This document shows positions 9,035 through 18,109 of a stretch of 64,000 nucleotides of DNA, in pieces. A model generated the notes under the pieces. The model was not told where the DNA came from. It did no database searches and worked only from the letters and a program-made list of their open reading frames with translations. Positions within the stretch are counted from its first letter, which is position 1, and each line of letters opens with the position of its first letter. The translations under genes and the position numbers were made by a program. Source of the DNA: a virus; the IMG/VR virus record IMGVR_UViG_3300015371_000025, positions 3,405 to 67,404 of that record. One strand, 5' to 3'.

Positions 9035-9285
9035 GGCGCGCTCTCGTCGCGGCGCTCGCGCTGCTCGCGATGGCCCCTGCCACGGCCGACGCGTCTGTCT
9101 CGGGCGCCGTCGCTGCGGTCAAGCGGGCCGAGCATCGCGGCGGCGCGTGGGCATCGCAGGTGCAGTGCCGCACCATCGTCCGCAACCGCCTGTACCGCTG
9201 CACGTTCGTCCACATGGACAGCTACGGCGACATCTACGACGACGACGCCACGGTGCGCCAGTACGGGCGCCGCTACCTCGTCTAG
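9031..9285 (+). CDS. Small secreted protein (signal peptide, two Cys)
   Basis: GTGA overlap; MRRALVAALALLAMAPATADA signal peptide. Confidence 0.7.
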   Translation: MRRALVAALALLAMAPATADASVSGAVAAVKRAEHRGGAWASQVQCRTIVRNRLYRCTFVHMDSYGDIYDDDATVRQYGRRYLV

Positions 9286-9334
9286 CCTCCTGCGGCGCGG
9301 TGCCTTCGGGCGCCGCGCTCGCCCCGTCGCCGGA

Positions 9335-9444
9335 TAATTGACACCGCTAGGGCTCGAGTTCCAAGCGGTGTCGACTATCCCGGCCGCCACCCTCCCGCCG
9401 TAAATGGACACCGCTGTTCCGGTGGCGCTCGATCCTGTCCATTT
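9335..9444. promoter_or_regulatory. Two inverted AATNGACA...TGTCNA box pairs
   Basis: GACA 9340 / TGTC 9369 and AAATGGACA 9402 / TGTCCATTT 9436; both 25-bp gaps. Confidence 0.7.
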
Positions 9445-9490
9445 GCAGGGAATAATCGACACCATGCCTACAGATGGGAGAATGCCGTCC

Positions 9491-9646
9491 ATGAGCAAGA
9501 GCAACGCACAACCCAAGACCCGCAGCTACGTCGCCATCGCGGCACAGATGCGCAACTCCGCCGGTGCGATGGGCGGGGGTAAGCGCTCCAAGAGCCGTCG
9601 CGATCGCAAGGATGCCCGACAGGCAATCCGGCGCGGCGACTGGTAA
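9491..9646 (+). CDS. Small basic protein (51 aa)
   Basis: Cassette between repeats 9453 and 9644. Confidence 0.72.
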   Translation: MSKSNAQPKTRSYVAIAAQMRNSAGAMGGGKRSKSRRDRKDARQAIRRGDW

Positions 9647-9682
9647 ATAGACAGCGACCTACAGAGAGGTACGATGGTGTCC

Positions 9683-9910
9683 ATGAGCAAGTCACCCGCA
9701 CAGTTTCGCAAGCGCGCCGAGCGAGTCTTTCGCAAGGCTAACCCGGACGCGGAAGCGGTCGGTCTCGTCATCACGTGGACGCGCTGCGTCCGGGTCACGT
9801 GGGCCGATGGCTCGCGCGGGTTCTCGGGCACCATGCAAGTCGCGGCGCCGGGCCATCGCTCACGCGCCATGCTCGCCACCGAGACCGACTCGGCCATCTC
9901 GGTCCGATAA
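9683..9910 (+). CDS. Hypothetical early protein
   Basis: Cassette between repeats 9644 and 9908. Confidence 0.8.
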   Translation: MSKSPAQFRKRAERVFRKANPDAEAVGLVITWTRCVRVTWADGSRGFSGTMQVAAPGHRSRAMLATETDSAISVR

Positions 9911-9946
9911 ATAGACACTGACCTACAGAGAGGTAGACTCCACACC

Positions 9947-10309
9947 ATGAGCTTCACTCCCGACTACCGAAAGATCCATGTCGCGGCCAACGCTGCGCAG
10001 CACGTCCTCTGGGCGATGGGCGCGAAGGTCGAGACCAACTACTTCAACGGACTGGTCTCGCTCGATCATGGCTACGCCCGTGGCCCCGTGCGCGAGCCGG
10101 GCGAGTGCCGCTACTGCGCGGCGTACATCATCGAGTCAGTCGACGACGGCGCGTGGTGCGACGAGAGCGGCGCCTGCGGGTGCGGCATCGGCGAGCATGA
10201 GCCGGGCGGCTTCGACCAGTACGCCCACGATGAGCGCGCTCGCGAGACCCCGTGGTGGGACGACCCCTTCCACGATCACGACGACTACCCCGCCGAGTAC
10301 GCCGAGTAA
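9947..10309 (+). CDS. Cys/His-rich hypothetical protein
   Basis: Cassette; CRYC...CGC...HEP. Confidence 0.8.
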   Translation: MSFTPDYRKIHVAANAAQHVLWAMGAKVETNYFNGLVSLDHGYARGPVREPGECRYCAAYIIESVDDGAWCDESGACGCGIGEHEPGGFDQYAHDERARETPWWDDPFHDHDDYPAEYAE

Positions 10310-10344
10310 ATAGACACCACAACCTACAGAGGTACACTTCCATC

Positions 10345-10698
10345 ATGAGCAATCGAGTCCTTCGGCCCCTCTCGGATCACGTCTACGAGGTGCGCATCGA
10401 CAACTGGCCGGTCGGCCGTGTCAAGAGCGTGGCGGCAGGCTACCTCGCATACGGCGAGATCAGCATGTACGGCGACGTAGAGCTACTCACCGAGACCACC
10501 TTCCCCACCATGCGGGAGGCTGCGCTCGCCGTGGCCGACGCGCACGCTTCGCAGGAAGAGTACCGCGCCGCAGAAGCCAAGAGCGAATTCATCGGCGAGT
10601 ACGGGATGGGCGCGGTGTGTGGCGGCGCGAGCCCCGGCGATGCGCTCCTGATGGCCGAGATGGCGTGGGCCGAGCAGATGGCCCGCTCCGCCGAGTAA
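10345..10698 (+). CDS. Hypothetical early protein
   Basis: Cassette between repeats 10307 and 10696. Confidence 0.8.
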   Translation: MSNRVLRPLSDHVYEVRIDNWPVGRVKSVAAGYLAYGEISMYGDVELLTETTFPTMREAALAVADAHASQEEYRAAEAKSEFIGEYGMGAVCGGASPGDALLMAEMAWAEQMARSAE

Positions 10699-10733
10699 AT
10701 AGACACGAACCTACAGAGAGGTACACTCCCACC

Positions 10734-11102
10734 ATGATGAATCACCCGACCTTCCGAGAGTCGCTCAGCAACGTCTACGTCGACTACGACGACATCGCCG
10801 AAGAGGTGATGCGGACCCCGCTCGGCATCGAGCTTTACACCGGCGAGATGGTCGTCCACCTGTTCGATCGCGAGCCCGGATGGCAGGCGCGCTATCAGGA
10901 GGCAATCCGCGAGGATCGCGAGGACAAGGCATGGGCGCGTCAGTACCTCGCCGACCGCGCCGACTACTACCGCAGGGACCCCGAGTACGGCTACTCCCAG
11001 GCCGACCTTGCGGCCGAAGCCGCGAGCATCCGCGAGGACGAGCGCCGGATGATGGAGGATCGCGAGCGCGACATCATGCGCGGTCTCGGCGGCATCTGGT
11101 AA
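10734..11102 (+). CDS. Hypothetical early protein
   Basis: Cassette between repeats 10696 and 11100. Confidence 0.8.
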   Translation: MMNHPTFRESLSNVYVDYDDIAEEVMRTPLGIELYTGEMVVHLFDREPGWQARYQEAIREDREDKAWARQYLADRADYYRRDPEYGYSQADLAAEAASIREDERRMMEDRERDIMRGLGGIW

Positions 11103-11137
11103 ATAGACACGAACCTACAGAGAGGTACAATCATCCC

Positions 11138-11755
11138 ATGATCTACACCTTCAAGTTTCAAGGCTACGGCGACATCGGCGAGTTCGATGGTCAGCGCATC
11201 GACATCCTGCGCCTTGTCGAGCCGGGCGAATTCGAGTACACCGATCTCACCACGATGGCGCGCTTCCCGAACGGCACCGAGCTTCCCCTGCGCGCTGACG
11301 AGATCACGGGCCACAGCCGAGACTTCGATCTCGACGCGATGATCGAGGGCTACGTCGAATGCGCTCTCTGGGCCGACTACATGCCCGAGCCGACCGACGA
11401 GGAGCCCGAGCCCGAGCTTGGCGGCGGCAACGATCTCGGTCTCCGTCCCGACGACGCGTCGACCAAGCGCATCCACGAAACGTGCGAGTCGTTCTTCAAC
11501 TTCCACGCGGCCGACTGCATGGAGTACGTCGAGCGCATGGTCTCTGAGAACCGGCTCTCAGGGTGGGACGACGGCACGCCCGAGAGTTATCTCGGCCACG
11601 ATCTCTGGCTCACGTCGCACGGCCACGGCGCAGGATTCTGGGACCGTGGGCTCGGCGCTCTCGGCGACCGACTGACCGAAGCCTCCAAGCCTCACGCAAC
11701 GTCGAGCGGTGTCGCCATGAGCAACGGCGATGGTCTCACGGTCGAGATCAACTAA
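11138..11755 (+). CDS. Conserved phage protein (YVECALW ... GHDLWLT-HGHGAGFWDR motif)
   Basis: Cassette; the motif resembles a recurrent uncharacterised phage early protein family. Confidence 0.85.
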   Translation: MIYTFKFQGYGDIGEFDGQRIDILRLVEPGEFEYTDLTTMARFPNGTELPLRADEITGHSRDFDLDAMIEGYVECALWADYMPEPTDEEPEPELGGGNDLGLRPDDASTKRIHETCESFFNFHAADCMEYVERMVSENRLSGWDDGTPESYLGHDLWLTSHGHGAGFWDRGLGALGDRLTEASKPHATSSGVAMSNGDGLTVEIN

Positions 11756-11790
11756 ATAGACACGAACCTACAGAGAGGTACACTCCCATC

Positions 11791-12138
11791 ATGCCCTACA
11801 TCGTCACCATCCTGAACACGACCGTCCACGGCGAGCCGATGGAAGACCAGTCCGCCGCAGATGTTGACGGCGCTATCCGCACCGCTGTCGCCACGCTCGA
11901 TGAGGCGCGCGACCGCGTGATCGAGGAGATCTCACCGCTCGGACTCGCGACCATCGAGAACGTCATCACCGCCGAGGGCGGCACGATCAGCCTGCCGGGC
12001 GGCACCGTGATCGAGGTGCAGGCTGTCTCATGGAATTGGGTCATCGGCATGGCGGACGACGCAGGCATTGACACCGATGCCGTCTACGAGGATGGCGGCG
12101 ATCTCGCGATCCTTGCTGCTCTCGACGCGAAGCTGTAA
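11791..12138 (+). CDS. Hypothetical protein, paralog family (AVATLxEAR)
   Basis: Cassette; similar to 14080 and 18445. Confidence 0.82.
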   Translation: MPYIVTILNTTVHGEPMEDQSAADVDGAIRTAVATLDEARDRVIEEISPLGLATIENVITAEGGTISLPGGTVIEVQAVSWNWVIGMADDAGIDTDAVYEDGGDLAILAALDAKL

Positions 12139-12173
12139 ATAGACACGAACCTACAGAGAGGTACACTACTCCC

Positions 12174-12635
12174 ATGAACGAGACCACGCTACTCCAACTC
12201 GCCCGCGAGCACATCACGCTCACCGGCGGCAATCCCGACGCGGCGCCCATCGACGGCGACACGGCTCTGCGCGAGGCAATCGAGATGGCCGGACGCGCGG
12301 CGCGCGAGGATGCCGCAAGCGCCATCGAGATCGCCCGTGAGTCGGACGATCCGGTCGCCTTCATCACCGGCAACTCTCACATGCCACCGCTGCGTGCCTT
12401 CGGCCGCGCCGAAGACTTCTGGGCTGCGTCGCACGATGTCGACGCCTACATGATCTCACCCTACGAGGTGTACGTCGAGACCTTCGAGAGCACGCTCGAA
12501 GCTGCGAATGTCATCGTGGAGTGCCCCGAATACGACAACGCTCTCTACGTGGTCGATCTCGACCGATGGGAGTACGACGAGGATCTCGACGGCCCCACCC
12601 TGTCGAGCCAGTGGCGCGCAGTCGAGCCGTCATAA
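12174..12635 (+). CDS. Acidic hypothetical early protein
   Basis: Cassette between repeats 12136 and 12633. Confidence 0.82.
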   Translation: MNETTLLQLAREHITLTGGNPDAAPIDGDTALREAIEMAGRAAREDAASAIEIARESDDPVAFITGNSHMPPLRAFGRAEDFWAASHDVDAYMISPYEVYVETFESTLEAANVIVECPEYDNALYVVDLDRWEYDEDLDGPTLSSQWRAVEPS

Positions 12636-12669
12636 TAGACACGAACCTACAGAGAGGTACACTACTCCC

Positions 12670-13566
12670 ATGCTGAACTTCACCGCTGACCGCACGAACG
12701 ACACCATCGTCGTCAACGACATCACCTACAACGTCGAGCGCGAGCACTGCCGCGACGGCATGAGCATCGAATTCACCATCGAGCAGTTCCCCGGTCTCGT
12801 CGGCAAGGTCGCCAACGAGGAGTACATCGAGTCGTGGATGTCTCCGCGTGACAGCGTGGACGGTCTGCTCGGCGTGATGGCGACGAGCTACCGTGGCTAC
12901 AGCTTCGGCGACGAGTCGCACGATCTCGTCGACTACGACGGCGGCTTCGAGATCCCGTGCGCCGACTGCAACGGCACCGGCGAGAGCTACGGACCGGACA
13001 ACGAGATCGGCGGCTTTCCCGTGCGACCGCCCGACTGCTTCTACTGCGGCGGCGAGGGAACGATCATCACGGATCCGGCCACGTGGGCTCGCAAGGTCCA
13101 CGGCGCTCGCGTGGTCCTGCCCGTGTTCGTCTACGAGCACAGCGGCATCACCATGAGCGTCGGCAAGGCCATCCCTACGGCGGCCAACCTTGGCCCCGGC
13201 GGAGACTTCGACGCCCGTGGCCGCAATCCCTTCGACGCGGCCGGATGGGACACATCGGCGGTCGGCATCATCTTCGACACGACCGAGACCCGCGAGGCGT
13301 GCGGGTGGGAGGATCGCTCCGACGAGGAGATCGAAAAGGATCTCCGCGCCGAGATCGACATCTACGATGACTTCCTACAGGGTATGGTCTACTACTACAC
13401 CGTGATCGACGAGGAGAGCGGCTACGACGAGGGGTGCGGCGCCATGTACGGCGAGGCGTACACCGAGGAGGAGTGCTTCGGCGTGATGGCTCACGCCATC
13501 GCTGCGCGGCTCGATGAGCAGGCAGAGCGCGCCGACGCGGCGGCTCGCGACATCGTGACCGTCTAA
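12670..13566 (+). CDS. Conserved acidic phage/MGE protein (YEHSGITMS, WDTS-VG, YDDFLQG motifs) with inserted DnaJ-type Zn finger
   Basis: Cassette; CADCNGTG and CFYCGGEG are CxxCxGxG repeats. Confidence 0.85.
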   Translation: MLNFTADRTNDTIVVNDITYNVEREHCRDGMSIEFTIEQFPGLVGKVANEEYIESWMSPRDSVDGLLGVMATSYRGYSFGDESHDLVDYDGGFEIPCADCNGTGESYGPDNEIGGFPVRPPDCFYCGGEGTIITDPATWARKVHGARVVLPVFVYEHSGITMSVGKAIPTAANLGPGGDFDARGRNPFDAAGWDTSAVGIIFDTTETREACGWEDRSDEEIEKDLRAEIDIYDDFLQGMVYYYTVIDEESGYDEGCGAMYGEAYTEEECFGVMAHAIAARLDEQAERADAAARDIVTV

Positions 13567-13601
13567 ATAGACACACAACTACAGAGAGGTACACTACTCC
13601 C

Positions 13602-13802
13602 ATGCGACACCCATTCATCTTCCTGCGCGACTGCGACAACTGCGAGGAGCCCAACACGCGCCTGTTCACCGACACGTGGACAGGCAAGGAGCTTTGCATC
13701 GAGTGCATCGCGCCGATCATCGACCACATCACCATGAGCCCCGAGGAGGGCGACAACCTGCCCAAGCTACTCAACGAGTCCGACCGCAAGGTGGAGGCAT
13801 GA
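13602..13802 (+). CDS. Small Zn-finger protein (CDNC...CIEC)
   Basis: Leaderless ATG of repeat 13564. Confidence 0.78.
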   Translation: MRHPFIFLRDCDNCEEPNTRLFTDTWTGKELCIECIAPIIDHITMSPEEGDNLPKLLNESDRKVEA

Positions 13803-14080
13803 GCGAGTTCCAGACGATTGTCACGCAGGGTAACGAGGTGAGCTACGAGCCGTGGACGGACGGACATGCGGTTGGCTTCAAGGTCACGCACATCCCGACG
13901 AACACGGTCGAGTACATCTACCTGAACCCGTCCGGCAACGACGACAACTCCGACTCGCCCAACGTCTTCATCTATCAGGGGACCGAGGGGCACCCCGACA
14001 AGGACCATCCGTACCACTACTACAGCGTGCTGGAAGAGGTCACGGCGGCCAAGCAGGGCGGATGGGAGGTGGAGGCGTAG
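13799..14080 (+). CDS. Hypothetical protein
   Basis: ATGA overlap, GGAGG SD. Confidence 0.78.
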   Translation: MSEFQTIVTQGNEVSYEPWTDGHAVGFKVTHIPTNTVEYIYLNPSGNDDNSDSPNVFIYQGTEGHPDKDHPYHYYSVLEEVTAAKQGGWEVEA

Positions 14081-14457
14081 TGCCCTTCATCGTCACGACC
14101 CGCATCCCGGCCGACCCCGACGACCACCACAACGCCATGTGCGAGGCGGCCGGGTTCAACACGGATGAGGTTCACCGCTACGCCGTGGCGACGCTGGAGG
14201 ACGCCCGATCCGCTGCGTACAGCATCATCAGCCAGAACGCGATCGGCCAGAGCGGGGACGCATGGCGCCGTGCAGCGAACCTCGTCAATCACCCGGCGTG
14301 GCCGTATCTGGAGCGCAGCACAGTCCCCCTGCCGGACGGCACCACCGTCGAGGCGCGACAGGTCACGTGGCGCCAGTTGGAGGCGAAGGCGGACATGCTC
14401 GACCATGACCACGACGCCGACGACACGGACGCGATCCTCGCGGCCTTCAATCAGTAA
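14080..14457 (+). CDS. Hypothetical protein, paralog family (AVATLxDAR)
   Basis: TAGTG overlap, GGAGG SD; similar to 11791. Confidence 0.78.
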   Translation: MPFIVTTRIPADPDDHHNAMCEAAGFNTDEVHRYAVATLEDARSAAYSIISQNAIGQSGDAWRRAANLVNHPAWPYLERSTVPLPDGTTVEARQVTWRQLEAKADMLDHDHDADDTDAILAAFNQ

Positions 14458-14493
14458 ATAGACACACTCCTACAGAGAGGTAAACTACATCCC

Positions 14494-14682
14494 ATGAACA
14501 GCCCCACGCAAATCCAAGTCAAGCGCGACAAACTCGGCGCCCGTGACGCGATCGAGCGAATCAACGCGACGATTGTGAACATCGAGGACGAGCGCTCGAT
14601 GCCCGGCCACTGGCAGGACATCGCCGACTACGCCTACGTCCTGCACAGCCGCGCCAACAGCATCGCGAGGCTCGACCGATGA
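14494..14682 (+). CDS. Hypothetical early protein
   Basis: Leaderless ATG of repeat 14455. Confidence 0.75.
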   Translation: MNSPTQIQVKRDKLGARDAIERINATIVNIEDERSMPGHWQDIADYAYVLHSRANSIARLDR

Positions 14683-15191
14683 CCACGCAAGAGGGCAAGG
14701 CCCAGAGCATCATCCAGACTCTCGTCGCGATCGAACCCGGCGACACGTCGACCGGCTTCAAGCGAATCACGTCCGAGCAGGGCGACGCCATCGCGCGGCT
14801 CTTTGACGGAGACTTCGAGTTGTTCCGCAAGCTGGACGAACAGCCGGGGCTCTACACGTCTCCCTTCTACCACGGGGTCGAGGGTGACTACTCCTACGAC
14901 TCATGGCACTACAAGCTGCGGCAGGCCCGCAACGACGCGAGCAACATGTTCTTCGAGATCCTCGCGTCGGACCGGCGCGAGCGCGAGGAGCGTGAGCGCA
15001 AGGCGGCGGCAAAGCCGCCCACGGCCACGGTCAACGGCTCGGTCATGAAGACTTCCGCAGGCTACGAATGCTGCCTGTGGATCGAGGTCGACGGCGCACA
15101 GATCGACGGCGAGGTGTACGGCTACGGTCGACACCCTTCCGACGCCATCGCATGCGCCGCCGAAGAGATCGACTACTCGCCGATCTCCTGA
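14679..15191 (+). CDS. Hypothetical protein
   Basis: ATGA overlap; GC3-rich codons. Confidence 0.78.
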   Translation: MTTQEGKAQSIIQTLVAIEPGDTSTGFKRITSEQGDAIARLFDGDFELFRKLDEQPGLYTSPFYHGVEGDYSYDSWHYKLRQARNDASNMFFEILASDRREREERERKAAAKPPTATVNGSVMKTSAGYECCLWIEVDGAQIDGEVYGYGRHPSDAIACAAEEIDYSPIS

Positions 15192-15267
15192 AAGATTGCG
15201 ATCCCCGCCGGGAGTCGGGTGAGCGCAATAAATGGACACTGTAGTTCGGGGGTGCTACAGTTCCATC

Positions 15268-15727
15268 TCCCCACCTGACGCGGGGATCAAAGAGTCGGAC
15301 TACGAGAGCCGAACGCTCAGGGCACAGCGAAGGCAGACAATAGACCCGAGGGTGGCGCTGCACCCGGAGGCGGCACAGCAAGGTGCGGCTGGTCGAGAAT
15401 CCCCACCGTCAATGGCACCACGATCCACGATAGGCCGGATGGCCGACTGTAGGCGGCTTCCTTCTCTAGCAGGAGGGACGGCTAAGGATCGGCGCGAGTT
15501 CTTATGGGAGGCTCGCGTGGCGGTGGGGCAGAACTTGCCCGTGGTAGCAGGCAAGCCAAGCCGGGCATCGCGACCGGCCGCTGGTGAAGTGGGTATCCGG
15601 AGTCGCGACCGGAACGTCTCCAATCCCCAGGCGAAGCCAAAGGGAGGGCCGGGTACCACGAACCCCGGCAACACAAACTTGCGGGGTCGGGCCGGAGGCG
15701 TTGGGGAACACAGCCCGGCCCCGCAAG
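15268..15727 (+). ncRNA. Candidate large structured non-coding RNA (~460 nt)
   Basis: Own promoter (TGGACA-17-TACAGT at 15233-15261), no leaderless ATG, atypical codon usage in all frames; helices 15401-15411/15518-15528, 15493-15500/15510-15517, 15534-39/15550-55, 15568-74/15602-08, 15648-53/15664-69, 15678-92/15713-27. Confidence 0.62.
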
Positions 15728-15795
15728 TAATAGACACTCTTCTGCTACAGACTAACATGTAGCTACAAACTTCACTCCGAACGAAAGGACACTCC

Positions 15796-16047
15796 ATGCC
15801 CGACACCATGAACATCAATCAGGTGCGCACCGCCGCACTGAACACGCCTGACCACAACTCGGCTCTCCTCTGCGCCATCGTCTACCTTGGCGACTCCATC
15901 CGCGAGGCTTGCAGCGACATCGGTCCGGCCATCGCCGACAGCGGTCGCAGCACGTCGGCCGAGCTTGGCGATGTGGCGCTCTCGCTGCGCGATCTCGGTC
16001 GCGAGTTCGCGGGCATCACCGCCGCTGTCGACGGGATCGGCAAGTAG
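15796..16047 (+). CDS. Hypothetical protein
   Basis: Leadered unit, GAAAGGA SD. Confidence 0.75.
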   Translation: MPDTMNINQVRTAALNTPDHNSALLCAIVYLGDSIREACSDIGPAIADSGRSTSAELGDVALSLRDLGREFAGITAAVDGIGK

Positions 16048-16695
16048 ATGTCCCGCTACGTCGGCGGTGTCGAGGGCAAGGGTCGCATGGTCCAGCGCGT
16101 CGGCACGCAGCGCAGCGGCATGAAGGTCCACGCCGCGAGCGGCGAGAGCCGAGTCGACGTGGAGCTTCACGGCGGTCCCGGCTTCGACTGGGCCAACATC
16201 AGCATCTACGGCGAGCGCGGACGGCACCATCTGCCCGGCTTCAACCTGGAGCTTGTGGCGGCTGCACTCGACTCGGGCGACCCAAAGACCCTGCGCATCT
16301 GGAACCGCATCCAGAGCGACATCCGGCGCCTGCACGACGACGCACCGAAGGCGATCAAGCGTGCCGAACGCCGTCGCCGGAACGAGGAGGAGGCCGCCCA
16401 GCGCGAGCACGCGCTCAGGCTGGAGACTCAGCGCGCCTTCGCCGAGACCATCACGGACGCCGAGGCCGAGCACTTCATCGCGCTCACCGGACTGACGAAC
16501 GACGAGAGCGACCGCGAGGCGCTCCTCGCTAGGGCCAAGCACGCTGCGGCGAGCCCCGAAGTCATGGAGCCCCGCCGCAAGGACGGGCACCTGTTCGTGG
16601 CCACCATCATCGGCATCGGCTGGGACAGCAGCGTCAAGTTCCTGAACCTGACGGACGGCATCGAGGTCGATCTCGATGCAGTCCCCGTAGTCTAA
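16048..16695 (+). CDS. Hypothetical protein
   Basis: Abuts the upstream stop; ends in repeat TAA. Confidence 0.8.
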   Translation: MSRYVGGVEGKGRMVQRVGTQRSGMKVHAASGESRVDVELHGGPGFDWANISIYGERGRHHLPGFNLELVAAALDSGDPKTLRIWNRIQSDIRRLHDDAPKAIKRAERRRRNEEEAAQREHALRLETQRAFAETITDAEAEHFIALTGLTNDESDREALLARAKHAAASPEVMEPRRKDGHLFVATIIGIGWDSSVKFLNLTDGIEVDLDAVPVV

Positions 16696-16731
16696 ATAGA
16701 CACCTACCTACAGATAGGAGATACTACTCCC

Positions 16732-17169
16732 ATGAAGCGAATCGTGCTGTACCTAGACCTCGTTGCGCCCGAGCAGGACGAAGCTCTGCTGCGCGACCCC
16801 GAGTCGGGCCGCATCGTGCTCGACGCCGTGAACGACTACCTGCCCGAGCCGTTCTCACTGATCGACGCCGGTGGCGATGATCTGCTCGCGCTGCACATGA
16901 TGCTCTACCCCGAGCGCTACCCGCGCTCGGCTCAGCCCGATCACGTCTACTGGGACAACTTCGATTCCGAGGCCGACGCAGACTACGGCGAGATCGAAGA
17001 AAACGCCTCCGTCGAGGACATCGCTGCGGCCGTCGAGGCGGCTACCGCCAAAGCCGAGGCCGAGTGGCGCGAGTCTCCCTTCGAGTGGAACAGCGGCACG
17101 ATCGAGTGGGTCGGCACCTATCTCGAACAGCGACTCGCTGGCACGAGCCACCCCGGCTACAAGTCCTAA
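16732..17169 (+). CDS. Acidic hypothetical early protein
   Basis: Cassette between repeats 16693 and 17167. Confidence 0.82.
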   Translation: MKRIVLYLDLVAPEQDEALLRDPESGRIVLDAVNDYLPEPFSLIDAGGDDLLALHMMLYPERYPRSAQPDHVYWDNFDSEADADYGEIEENASVEDIAAAVEAATAKAEAEWRESPFEWNSGTIEWVGTYLEQRLAGTSHPGYKS

Positions 17170-17204
17170 ATAGACACACCCCTACAGAGAGGTACACTAT
17201 GACC

Positions 17205-17912
17205 ATGAAGCTCAACAACGGCACCACCCAATTCAACATCGACGAGAGCATCGCAGGCCACCTGCTCTGGGAGGCCATGCGCGACTTCCGCGAGGCTTAC
17301 GCTGCGCTGACGCAGGCCGCCCACCAGGGCGTGACCGATCTCGAAGATGCCGACACGCCGGACGACAGTGCCATCCGCAAGTTCGCGGTCGCCGCTGCCG
17401 AAGCCTCCTCCAAGATCACCGAGGCGCTCCAGCGCGCTCGCCTGATGCACTACGGCGACGTGTACGACGAGCTGATCAACCGCGAGGATCTCGGCCCCGA
17501 GGTCGACGGCCATCGCAAGACGGTCTACACCAAGCTCAGCATGGCCGACAAGAGCGTCACCCACATCCGCGAGATCAACACCGGCATGAGCCTGCTCGCC
17601 GGTCTCAACGTCTGGGACGACGACAAGGGCAAGCGCCGTCAGCCGATCGTCGCGATCAACACCGAGGGTCTGCGGCGTGAGTTCACCTACGGCGACGACG
17701 GCGGCATGCCGATCATCGACGTGGACATCAACGACGCCGACATCTTCGATGACGCTGGCGCTGGCGACAAGATCCGCTCGGACGCCGAGTCGATGAAGCA
17801 CCGGCTGATGCAGGCCCACATGGCCGCGCAGGGCAAGGGCGACCAGGGCGCGTTCGACGTGTGGAACGAGGTCGCGGACATCATCGGAATCAAGCGCGAG
17901 GAGGAGTCGTAA
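17205..17912 (+). CDS. Hypothetical early protein
   Basis: ATG 6 nt after TACACT of repeat 17167. Confidence 0.82.
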   Translation: MKLNNGTTQFNIDESIAGHLLWEAMRDFREAYAALTQAAHQGVTDLEDADTPDDSAIRKFAVAAAEASSKITEALQRARLMHYGDVYDELINREDLGPEVDGHRKTVYTKLSMADKSVTHIREINTGMSLLAGLNVWDDDKGKRRQPIVAINTEGLRREFTYGDDGGMPIIDVDINDADIFDDAGAGDKIRSDAESMKHRLMQAHMAAQGKGDQGAFDVWNEVADIIGIKREEES

Positions 17913-18109
17913 TGGACCGCGTAACCATCTACACGCTGGTAGTCACCGAGGGCGAGCGCACCCACGACGACACGGGTTCGCCCATGAAGTTCCACGCCGA
18001 GCTTGCCCACAACGGCATCATCCTGAGCCAAGGCTGGGGCGAGTTCGCTGTCGACGCTGCCAACGAGGCGATCGCCAACGGCGTCAGCGACGAGGAGGCT
18101 GTGGCGTAG
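17912..18109 (+). CDS. Hypothetical protein
   Basis: TAATG overlap, GGAGG SD. Confidence 0.72.
   Translation: MDRVTIYTLVVTEGERTHDDTGSPMKFHAELAHNGIILSQGWGEFAVDAANEAIANGVSDEEAVA

Noticed and set aside
15232-15818. 176-aa (+) and 172-aa (-) ORFs over the putative ncRNA
   Set aside because: The plus ORF starts inside the -35 box, and both have codon usage and composition unlike neighbouring genes.
5309-17204. Longer ORF-track starts (e.g. 5309, 7167, 10252, 10880, 12508, 17064) giving an N-terminal NRHEPTERYT peptide
   Set aside because: They read through the promoter element in frame; the real start is most likely the ATG 6-7 nt after the -10.
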